Below are positions 48,535-60,029 of a DNA stretch of 64,000 bases, piece after piece. Every line of letters begins with the position of its first letter. Positions within the stretch are counted from its first letter, which is position 1. The translations under genes and the position numbers were made by a program. The notes beneath the pieces are model-generated. The model worked only from the letters and a program-made list of their open reading frames with translations. It did no database searches and was not told the origin of the DNA. Source of the DNA: Lytechinus pictus. Lineage: Eukaryota. The stretch lies in NCBI RefSeq assembly GCF_037042905.1, contig NC_087251.1, positions 21,206,001 to 21,270,000 on the forward strand. The letters are read 5' to 3'.

Positions 48535-49707
48535 TTATTATTCTTTTAGAATCTCTATTTTCTTCTTTGTAATTAATTACTTAAGGTGTGAGATCTGATC
48601 CACAAAATGGTCTGAGACTCCGAGGTTAAGTCCTAGGCTCATTTCATAAATTATTTTTATTAATGGCAAATTTCTACTGTACTGCTGCAAGGTACTGAAA
48701 TGTACCAGTTTGATTGGTCAAGAGTATAATCTTTGATAGAAAGCTGGCATTATATCTAAAACACACTCAACTTCATGAAATGGGGCACAAGACTATAGGC
48801 CTACACTGAGGAAACACAGTGAAAATAACAAATTGCGCCGCATCCAACATTTCAGATGGAGTGTGTCCTTATGCTAAGGTGAGCACATTAACAATCAAAG
48901 ATTGATGTTTACTCAATGTTCACATGAGATTGATAAAACCCAGACCACCTCAGTCCCCTAAAATAGCTGCAGCCATCCAATAAATCAATGTTAATCCCAC
49001 CTGCCACATGTTTGCCACTTTTCCTCTGATCTTTCCTCATTAATTCTCTCCAATGCCTGAACTGATGTGCAAGAAAAAAAAATGAAACGCATCATGTGTT
49101 TGCAGTCTATCTTGGATGAGAAAGGGAATTTTATCAAACTTTCCCTGGATAACAAAGAAACATTCACTGCAGTGTACATCTGTGTGATGATATTTTGACT
49201 TTAATCAATAAAAAAAACTCCAGAAACATAAAAGTTGGCTGTTATGCTTCATGATTTTCAATAATTAAAATCTGGAAAAAAAAGAAATATACAGCTCTAA
49301 AATTTAAAAGTCAAAAGATGAAACAACAAAATATGTGTCTTTTCCATCACCGGTACCGTAAATGATAACTATTAATAAAAAAAATTAAGTGACAAAGCTA
49401 CATGTACATTTTTAACAAGAAATTCTCTTTACAATACAATGAATTGATGCAAGCCATACAACTTACAAGTTCTGCAAAGTACATGTAACTCAACATTTAA
49501 TATTTTCCAAACCCTCAGTTTTATGGCACTAAAGCAAGTCCAAAATGGTTCAGAATTTATATTATTCTTACAGTCTTCATTATAGGAAATTGAACATAAA
49601 AGATGCAAGAATGCAATCTACTTCAACAGAAAATCATTTAGGTTGCTAGGACTCCATATATGTGTAGTACGACTATGTCGTTGGTGGAATCATCCTATGA
49701 TTTATTC

Positions 49708-50022
49708 TGGGGGGGGGGCCACTTACATTGACAAGTGGATACCATGCGCGACCAAAAAAATATGTAAAAAGGGTGTCTTTTTCAAGATAGGGCACATTAC
49801 GTACGTAACGTAATAAGGGTGTCAAAAACACTAAAATAATGAAAAAAGGTATTATATTTTCGCTAGAAGAACCAGGGGTTCAATTCAGGGTATACTTGCC
49901 AAGAGTATCGTTTTGTTTCCAATACTTGTTAAGGGTAGGGTTTCACACTCCAATACTTGTTTGAGACCCCTTGGTCGCGCATGGTATCCACTTGTCAATG
50001 GAAGTGCCCCCCCCCCCCCCCG
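49708..50022. mobile_element. MITE with poly-G/poly-C capped TIRs
   Basis: G-run-CACTTACATTGACAAGTGGATACCATGCGCGACCAA and its inverse, with GATTTATTC directly repeated on both sides. Confidence 0.85.
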
Positions 50023-50817
50023 GATTTATTCATGGAAAATGTTCTGCTACTGTAACTTGGTGATTTGAGAGGAATGATTTAAGTGTAGTTGAAACTTTAG
50101 GCAATACAATAGTACAGACAACTTTCACTGTTGTTGTTTTGGGTTGATTATTGATAAAATTTAAATAACAAAAGATGAAAGAGAAAAATAAAGCAAAGGA
50201 GATTTCTATTACCAAGATTAAGAAGTCTTATAGAGAAAGGACAGAGAGAGAGAAGACAAGAGACATATAAAGATAGAGACAAGCAAAAAGGAACATACAA
50301 ATAGGGCATAGAAAGATTATTTCAATTATGCCCATAAAAAATAAATTAGTTATAAAAAAAAGAGATTTCCTGTGGGATAAACAGATCAGACATATAGGGA
50401 AAGGCAAGAAGAGGCCATAATTTGCAAGAGTTGAACATTGGGGTTGCTCGAAACCTCTATTAAGAGGTGAAGTTCACCCTGACAAAAACTTCAAGGTTAA
50501 AATAAAAGAATAATTAAATTATTGGGGTAGGTTTAAGGAAAATCCATCAAAGATTACAAAAGTTATTGGAATTTTATTTCATTTTTTTTATTTGTAACGT
50601 TATACGCGAGCAACTTCACCATTTATCGTGCAGTCAAAATCAATGAAGGTCATCTTTTTTAAAATTGAATTTATTTGTTGGTACTTTCAGTATATCAACA
50701 GACAAATTATTTCACACCTGAAAGAAAATAAACTTAATTCCTCACGAACATTAAACATTGAAATTTATGCATTTTCTATTACATACTGTATGCCTGCACA
50801 TGACCTCACGTATCACA

Positions 50818-51325
50818 AGTCTCGCCTGATTTTGTGATCAATAAAATATGCAATATGATCTTTTGACCCATAGATGGCCTTTGACCTAATAATTCACATA
50901 ATGTATGTGTTATATTACCCAATGATTATTTGTACCAAGTGTAAACACAATTGATGCAGAAATAAAGAAATGAGAGCAAGATGAACAAAAACTTGACCTT
51001 TTAACACTGATGATCTTTGATCCCAACATCCTCAATGAAACACATGTGGTATTACCCAGGGATCATTTGAAGTTTGAACCAAGTGTGATCAAAATGGATG
51101 CAGAAATAAAGAAATGAGAGAAAGTTGAATTGAAACATTCTCATTAGCTCACATGTGGTATTTAATACCCAAATGTCATATGTACCAAGTATGAGTATAA
51201 TTGATGCACAAATAAAGAAATAAGAGAAAATTGAACAAAAAGTTTATTTTTTGTAGTAGACCAATAGACTAACAGGAAAAGTGATCACTAGGTCTCTCCC
51301 GATTTTCGTTCAGGTGAAACAAAAA
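50818..51325 (-). mobile_element. Degenerate HINE-like element
   Basis: GTCTCGCCTG near one end and GGTCTCTCC...CAGGTGAAACAAAAA at the other, with three GATGCA(G/C)AAATAAAGAAAT repeats. Confidence 0.5.
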
Positions 51326-52015
51326 TCAACATACTTTTTTTAGGGGGGGGGGGTTGAAACTCTCTTTTTGAATCACAAAGGGATGGTGAGGAAGAAGAGT
51401 ATACACTGTAAACATATGTTACAATAAGTCTATAAAATCCAGTGTAAGAGACTGTACTTGTGCCGTTGTGGTAGGCAAAACTAGAGAAAGGGGAAGGACG
51501 AAAAATGAAGATTAAACAAGAAATGTCTGAAGATTGAGCTCTGCAAGGAATAGTGTGACTGTATAATATTTTGCTGGCATTTGCCTCTTAGGTGATATGT
51601 TATTTCTTGGGTGTCGATTCCCTGAGGCTGCATGACAAGACCAAAAGCGTCATTCATCTTATACAGAGCCATGTTCAGATCATTGCTCTGAGGGCCGTTT
51701 CACAAAGCTGTTCTTGAGTTAATAGCGACTTTAAGAACGACTAGTCAACCTTTCTTAATACGCGCTAATAAACCATCGCCAATGAGCACTTTGGTGTATA
51801 CAATTTACCACAAGAAAGATCACCAGTCGTTCTTAAAGTCGCTCTTAACTTACGAACAGCTTTATGAAACACCAACCTGGTGTTTTTAGCAACATAGTCT
51901 GAAGTATAATACAAGATGCATAAATACTTCCAGAAGTATTAAACTTTCAGTACAGGTGTGATAACTTTGTAAAGAGTACAATATTCAACATTCATGTCAG
52001 AAGTAATATGAATTT

Positions 52016-52425
52016 AGACACTGTTCTCACTACCTCCCTAAAACTAGTTTAGTGGAAACTAGTTTAATGTGTAGTGAGAACGGTCGAAGCGATCTTGGAA
52101 ATGATTTTCCAAACCGGTTCAGAAAACCACCTCGCGATGTAGTTTTCAAGATCGCTTTGCCTCATTAAACTGGTTTTAGCGTGAGGACACAACCATTCTT
52201 AATGAAGCGATCTTTGCACATTTTGAGCGCGCTACTCCACACGACAGGTATAGAATGCCTATGCCGCGGTTTCGAATTTCGCGCAAAACGTGTCACCCCA
52301 CTGAGAGCATTTTCATAGCAACAAGATCGCTTTACGTGAAGTGATTTTGAAAACCACTAGCAAAGCGATCTTCCAAACTGGTTTCCAGTAAACCAGTTTT
52401 AGAAATCGTAATGAGAACGGTGTCT
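52016..52425 (-). mobile_element. About 410-bp MITE, inverted homolog of 3392-3794
   Basis: AGACACTGTTCTCACTAC / GTAATGAGAACGGTGTCT termini. Confidence 0.75.
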
Positions 52426-54484
52426 TAGAGAGTGCATCTGCATGGGTTTGAGCCCAACAGGGGCATGATACTGAAAGAGTTGTTGTGTTTAATTGCTGCA
52501 ACAACAAAAAAATCATACACAAGTCCCAAATGTGTGCTTCTAATTGGTTGAACATCAGATCTGCATTTTAATTATTTGAGTAGCATTTGAATGTAACTCT
52601 TTCTGCAATGGGGGATAGGAAGCATTTCATGAAAGGACTTGTCGGACATTTTTGTTCTGTTTTATGGATAGTTACCATAGTTTAATAGTGCTTAGTCTCA
52701 GCAAATCAAAATCAAGGAAAATTGTCTGACAACTTGTCGGATAAAACTCTTCATGAAATGCTACCCTGAAGACAATACAGGATGTTGAACATAGCTCACA
52801 GAATGAAAAGATCAGTAAAATGGAGACTATTATTATGGCAGTTAACAATCCCATCATTGATATAGATTCATATACACAGCCCGATTTAGTTTAATACTTT
52901 CTAGCAATTCACTTAAAAATTGAAGCTTTACATTGCAAGGCAAGGCACTATATTTCTTTTTTTATCTCAAAGATAATAACCATCACGTGGATAATGTTCA
53001 TGTCTGCTCTTCCATCTAAGCCAAGTGATAGATAATGTGATTAAAAAAAGTCAGACAATTTTCCCCTCAGGGATTTTACAGAAAAATATCATGAAAATGA
53101 CAACACAACCTTGAATATCAAAAGTAAAAAAAATGTACATCCTCCGATTTTTTCAGGTAACTAGAAACACTTCTTCTACCTGCCACTTAGAATGCCTAGG
53201 GCTATAGATGGCAGGCCAATTTGAATTTCATGTTACTCCTCACTTGCACGCTAGATTGCTTCATGTGATGTTACTTGCACTTCAACAAGCTCACATTCAA
53301 CATTCAACACAACATTGGGAATGTTTAGCCTATAAACAATACATACATGGCTAGACAAAACACCAACCCATGCAGAGATAGAATAGCCTGCTGCTCCTTA
53401 CAAAAAAAACTTTTAAATGACAATGAACTTTGTGTTTAAGACAAGTACTTTGCCCTAAGACATTTGTGTAGCCCACTCCCACCCTCTGCCAAGATCATGA
53501 ACTGCATGTATTTAAAAAATAGATACAAGCACTACCCACCTTTATACAAGTAAACTTTACCAATCATAGTTCCCTGGTCTTGGAATGCTGGTACGTAATT
53601 GTCTTTTAAAAGTTTTTTTCTTCATATATGCTTGAAAATCAACCAGCAGTTTTGAAGAGGAAAAAACCTTTCACATTGGCAATAAAAGTCATTCAATATC
53701 AACTGAATATGCAAGCAAGCAAAGTCTTTTTTATTTGTATCAATCAACCTATTATTAAGGTGGTCTGATGGTGTTAAATATAAAACAATTCCAAATTTCA
53801 AATCATAATTCAGTCACTACAAATCGCAACAGTGAAAACAATCTCATGTGTAGAAAATATGTGAAGAGTATTTCCTTTTCAATTATAACAAATTGCATTG
53901 ACAAATTTCCCACTTTGTCGGAAAAAAATCATACTATTCTACAAAGCCCATTCACTTTTCTAAGGGGTTTGGAACCCTTTGCATTTTTATCCATTTTAGG
54001 AAAGTGCAAATGACAAACTTGGATGAAGCTAAGTAGAAAGGGGTAAAAGGATGAATTAGCCTCACACTTTTCTTTCAATTCTCTGTCATAAAATAATTAG
54101 TACATTGCATATTTATTACAGATTTTTTTTTTTGGGGGGGATTGTTTCATGGCAATAATTTGGTGACACAAGACTTTGTGAAAAGCACTGTAAATGTCTA
54201 GCTGCATCTTTGGGGATTATATAATTCTGCTGTCCCACCGCCACATACATTACCTGGTCTGCTTCAGGCATTCTCTGGCTAGGGAATCTGAAATTGTGAC
54301 TTTATACCATTTGGTAACCTACAAACACTGTAGTAGTATACAGTGTCTGTTGGTTGTAAAAACTTGATTCCATTCAGGGTAATGGGTAACCAATTCCTTT
54401 TGGATGAACACCATAGTGGTGTTAATGAATGCTGATTCCTTAAAGATAGACTGAACAGGAAATCTGTTTGGCTCCTGTACAAAA

Positions 54485-55676
54485 ACAAGTGGAACGCCTC
54501 TGGCAGTCTCGCCTGCATTACGCAATTTAATATAGCAGCAGTGCTAACTTTGAAAACTACTATAAAATAATCATTAACAAAAACATCATTCATATAATGA
54601 CATAATACCACGTTCATTGACCATAAATGACATTTGAACAGAGACTTAAGACTGTCAACTACACCCATGTCCACATTTCATTCACTCTATCCATAAACTT
54701 TCAAAGTTATGATGGCACTTCAACAATTACCCCAACATGGCCTAAGTTTATTGACCTTAACTGACCTTTGACTTGGTTTTGTGACCTGAAACTCACAGGG
54801 GATGTTCAGTGATGCTTGATTACTCTTATGTCCAAGTTTTATGAACTAGATCCATAAACTTTCAGAGTTAGGATGGTAATTTAACATATACCCCCAACAC
54901 GGCCAAAGTTCATTGACCTTAAATGACCATTGACCATGGTCATCAGGTCATGTGACCTGAAACTCGCACAGGATATATTCAGTGGTACTTGATTAACCTA
55001 ATGTCTAAGTTTCATGAACTAAATCCATAAATTTTCAAAGTTATGATGGTAATTCAACAAATACCCCCAACTTGGCCAAAGTTCAATGACCCTAAATGAC
55101 CTTTGACCTTGGTCATGTGACCTGAAACTCAGGCAGGATGTTCACTAATACTTGATTAACCTTATGTCCAAGTTTCATGGACTAGATCCATAAATTTTCA
55201 AAGTTATGATAGTAATTCAACAAATACCCCCAACTTGACCAAAGTTCATTGACCCTAAATGACCTTTGACCTTGGTCACATGACCTGAAACTCGAGCAGG
55301 ATGTTTACTAATACTTGATTAACCTTATGCCCAAGTTTCATGAACTAGGTCCATATACTTTCTAAGTTATGATGTCATTTCAAAAACTTAACCTTCGGTT
55401 AAGATTTTGAAAATAATTTTCCCAACATGGTCTAAGTTCATTGACCCTAAATGACCTTTGACCTTGGTCATGTGACCTGAAACTTAAGCAGGATGTTCAG
55501 TAATACTTAATTAACCTTATGTCCAAGTTTCATGAACTAGGTCCATATACTTTCTAAGTTATGATGTCATTTCAAAAACTTAACCTCAGGTTAAGATTTG
55601 ATGTTGACGCCGCCGCCGTCGCCGTCGGAAAAGCGGCGCCTATAGTCTCGCTCTGCTATGCAGGCGAGACAAAAAA
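54485..55676 (-). mobile_element. HINE-like element with about 6 tandem units of roughly 135-190 bp
   Basis: SubTIR GTCTCGCCTGCAT/ATGCAGGCGAGAC, a terminal hairpin, a (GCC)n tract and the repeated core TTCATTGACCCTAAATGACCTTTGACCTTGGTCATGTGACCTGAAAC. Confidence 0.8.
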
Positions 55677-55704
55677 TGAAAAAGAATTTCATAATGGCAC
55701 TCAC

Positions 55705-55811
55705 CTGAGACTACTTATGACTAGATCTAAGGATTCCTCTTTGAAAGGAACAAATTCTTCATCTGCAACCAGCTTTATCGTCTTTACACCCTCTGGTGTT
55801 GGGACCTGGTC
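55705..55811 (-). CDS. NDUFAF5: NDUFAF5 internal coding exon (107 bp): DQVPTPEGVKTIKLVADEEFVPFKEESLDLVISSL(S)
   Basis: Acceptor tttttgtaacAG, donor CAG|GTGAGT. The peptide resembles the NDUFAF5 motif [21 protein letters not shown] as I recall it. The phase-2 end joins the next exon in frame. Confidence 0.93.
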
Positions 55812-57253
55812 CTGTTACAAAAACAAACACATAGATATCACATGTAATTATGCATTAAGGCAGAATCAGTTTGGATATAAAGGGGTAAACTCAGATCATA
55901 AAGTAGTTCTCAGGAGTAGTAATAATGTTCTTTTTTTTAAAGGCTTCTAAAATTGCCATGTTTTGTCAGGCAAGGATTATAATCCTCTAGTGCACTATTG
56001 AGCGTTCAGTAAAGAAACCACATTGGGCAACATCCAATACTGACATTCTTGAATGAGCATCGAGTCAAATTGCTGAAAATAATCATAGTAGTAAGGCTGA
56101 GAGTTTGAATCCCTGCTCTGCCATTGTCTCCACTTTAATGAATAGGCCTACAAGTAATTTTGGTCATCTATATGGTCAGCCACTATGTCTGATTAATTTA
56201 GGCGTAAAATGATTCCTATGTAAATAGTTGTATACCAGCTTGGCGTTATACCAGCAGAAAGCTATCCTACAGAGTTCCTATGGGAGTTACCATAGCAGAA
56301 ATAGTTAAGCATTATTGAATCAGCATGTTATTTACTCTATTGTGTCATTCAGTGTAAAAATCTAGATACTCCCATTAAATCCTTTCTTTCACATACATGT
56401 AGTACAAACTAGGTAAACAATATAAAGTCCACACAATTTGAAAAATTAACATTAACATGCATAAAGTGAAGACAAAAAAACTGCATCAAATTTATGTGAT
56501 TCATCATTTGCAGAACAATCTCTACAATATGAAATTTCTCAAAAAATGAAGTACGATTTTTTTTCTTTCATAAAAATGCACAAAATAGCATGATGAGTAT
56601 TTGTGACAAATTTAACAATTTTCTGCAAATATTAAATGGAATGAAACTAGGTTTAAAACTAAGGAGTTAGAATGTATACATGTAGTACATTTTTAGTCCT
56701 TTTCAAAGAATATAATCATGAATGCATTTAAGGTTTTATGGCTCACTCCAATCCTTCATTGTTCATCTACATTGCCTTTCTATATTTTCTCATTCTTTAG
56801 TTGCTCGTACCTAATCCCCCCCCCCCTCCTACCCACTCTCTCTTCTCTCTTCCATCTTTCTCTTTTCATATCTCTTTTCCATTTCCTTCAATCTCACTCT
56901 AGTTTTCAATTATTTTTATCTCTCTCTCTCTCTCATAAATACACAAATAACATAATAAAATTAGCTTGAAAACACACCACCACTATTATCCATCAACTTT
57001 CCCTTCTAATTCACCAAAAAGCACAAGAAACACGACTTCACACCAATCTAATCAGAAAGAGAAATTTCAATTTTGAAGTCAGTCGCCCTATGGTGACTCC
57101 TACCAATAATGGATGTCTCCAGCAGCTGATGTTTGGCTTCAAGACGGCAGAAGACCAAAACACTCCTTGGGGTAAAGAACCAATTATTGCATCAATGTGT
57201 TTTCTGTCATGGCTTGCGTCAAGATTCACGCCTTCCAAAATTGAAAAGCTTAA

Positions 57254-57644
57254 AGCTAAATGACAGTAGTTGCAGTAAAATACTGATTTCGTGAGAAAGT
57301 CTGTAAAACCAAGGTTAAGTATTACTATATCATTGTGGATCTAAATCTGGTACAGTTACATAAACTGAACTTTGTGAAATCATAATAAGCTAAAAAACGA
57401 TCACACTGAAGATCGCCAACACAGATAGGCACACGTGGGACAGTGTATTATTATTGCTGTAATAAAGACCCGACGGAAGTGACAGAATCCGCACTTATTT
57501 TGCTTATTTCTCAGCAATTACACAATTTCTTCCAGAATCCTTTGGCACATATTTTTTATTCATACAAACAGACACTTTGGTGATCATTATATTAAATTCT
57601 GTAAAAAGTCATTTTGAGATCATCCCCACAACTGGAATTTATCT
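57254..57644. mobile_element. Kolobok-like element (TTAA TSD, diverged TIRs)
   Basis: TTAA|AGCTAAATGACAGT...ACTGGAATTTATCT|TTAA. Confidence 0.55.
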
Positions 57645-58754
57645 TTAAAATTGCATTCCAATGAATAAATAGTCTCGTTTAAATAATGCATGATACACCC
57701 ATCACGCATATACAGGGATTCTCAGAAGTTACTATATTTAATAGCATGGAGATGTTTGGGCGTTAGTTCAGAGGATAAGCAGAAAATGACAGAAAACATA
57801 AATTAAGGCTTGATATTGACTTGTGATGTCACACGTGAACAGTTGCCCTAGTATATGTCATATAATAATACAAAATCCCAGAAAGTGTAATTTTCATGCT
57901 TCACGCTGACTGGGTTTTCTTTCATAGAAGCATGTATGATATACATGTACCGGTATGTAATATCTGATGATGTATTCAATTCACAGCCTTTTTCAATTTT
58001 CTAAGGAATTTATATGACACCTCATACAGAGAGTGGCTGTTTGCATTTTAAATCTCAACATAAAAGCTAAAGAAAAATCAATCATTCTTTCATGATTGTC
58101 ATTCTTTACTGAATTTCACACTTACATTAATGGGTAGGCCTATACTCCTTTCTGCTTTTAACGATGTAACTAATAACACCTTATATACAGCATCTGATAA
58201 AAAACTTACCGGTACATCAATAAAAATTCACAAGGTTTTATTTCCATTTCAGTTTTCACTGCATTTGGCATGGATGTAAAATAATCTATCCATCATTTCT
58301 CTGGAACCATTATTCAATCAATTGCCTAGTGGAATAAGGTGATCTATGCAAAAAGTAAAAGTGAGTTGCAGAATTCAGGGGTGAAGGGATAATTGATGCA
58401 CTCATGATTAATCAAAATAATAGTAAGTAGTGTACACAGAGTTTCCTGAGTGCTTTGAAATCAAAATTGAGTAAAATCCAGTAGCGAATGGAAAAGGCTT
58501 TTTTTCAAACAATATTAGAACCCAATTATATAAAATCTACACATTAGGAACACCCTTGTATTTTTCATGAATTAGGAAATTATTTTGGCGAAGGTAAGAC
58601 ATTATAGTATCTGTCCTCCCCTGAAACAGGGATGAAGACATCACACAAGCACAGAGCCATTGGGATAGGGGCAATACATGCATCTAGCATTAAAAGAATC
58701 ACTCCCCTTAATTAATTCATCATTTTAAATAATCTACAATTGAAAAAAAAACCA

Positions 58755-58990
58755 GGGCCCTGTTGCATAAAAATTTATGTCATAATGACATAAATTTCGA
58801 TCATGACATAAAATCATGCATAGCTTATGCCGTTGACATAAATTCCGTTGCATGAAAATATTTATGTATTGTTTTAGCTTATGACGCGATTTAATCATCA
58901 TTACATAAACTGAATAGTCATGAACGAGCCTGTTGACATAAGTTGTCATTTTTCAGCCGCAGCAACTTCTTGCGAAAAAGGGTCATCGGC
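58755..58990 (+). mobile_element. Left end of a Harbinger-like element; matching right end not seen
   Basis: CAG|GGCCCTGTTGCATAAAA start followed by repeated TGACATAAA motifs. Confidence 0.5.
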
Positions 58991-59866
58991 TTCCCATTTT
59001 GACGGGATAGAGGCATATTTTGGTATGTATCCAATTTTCATTGTTATATATCATAGATAATAGATCTATCTCACGTTCTGACTAAAAATTAAAGTTTCTA
59101 AGTATTAAGAGATATTTTAAATTAATTGTTATCGCCGTCAATTTTATGAAATGATTGCTTGTAAACTCTCCGGCTGCTTTTAGCCGTACAACGCCGGCAG
59201 TGCTAGCCGGAGGTTCCGGCGTCTGACACAGACAAATAATGCATAGAATCAACACCGTCAAAAAACAGTTTTAAATAATCTTCACGACATTGGACATTGT
59301 TTTAAAGGTTCCTGTGTCGGATGAACATGAATAATGCGTGGAATGAACACCGACAGAAAACAGTTTTAATTCATCTTCACGACATATTGGACATTGATTT
59401 TTAAGTTTTTTTTTTAGAGCACCCCCGCCCTTTCTGGAAAATTGTTGTTGTTGTTGTTTTAGCTTATACGGCGCGTGTCATTCAGTAGTGAATATTTGCG
59501 CCAGCATAATTTGCGGTAATTTTATTTATAACTTTTCTGTACTTGAATCAATTCTAAATCTAGTCAGTAGTCTTTCTAGAGTCTAAATTCTAACGTTAAC
59601 AAGTTGGATCTAGTCTAGGCCTAACGTTAGATTCGACTAGACTAGACCCTCTAGTTAGGGCCTAAAGTCTATCCAGCTCTGTCACTCATTGACCGTCGCG
59701 TCAGAGCCAGGCCCTAGACTTTCTAGCCCTCGGTAAAGTCTAAGACAAACTAAGTAGTAAGTAAGAATAAGTTAGGGCCTAGCCCAGGCCAGACCTATAT
59801 AAGTTATAACAGAGCCTATGTTAGTAGATTAAAAAAAATTAGGTTAGAGAGTAGAGCCTAGGTATG

Positions 59867-60029
59867 GCCTACCTCAAGCGAGGGTTCGTACATGTATAGG
59901 CTCCACTATAGATAGTACATACTTCACTACCGCTACCGTCCGCTCCACTATCAGATAGGTGGAGCGGAGGGTAGCGGTAGTGAAGTGTATTGGAACCTAT
60001 AGTCTATAGAGCCCTCGCCTGAGGTAGGC
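59867..60029. repeat. About 160-bp palindromic element
   Basis: Outer arms GCCTACCTCAAGCGAGGG/CCCTCGCCTGAGGTAGGC and inner stem ACTTCACTACCGCTACCGTCCGCTCCAC/GTGGAGCGGAGGGTAGCGGTAGTGAAGT. Confidence 0.85.
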
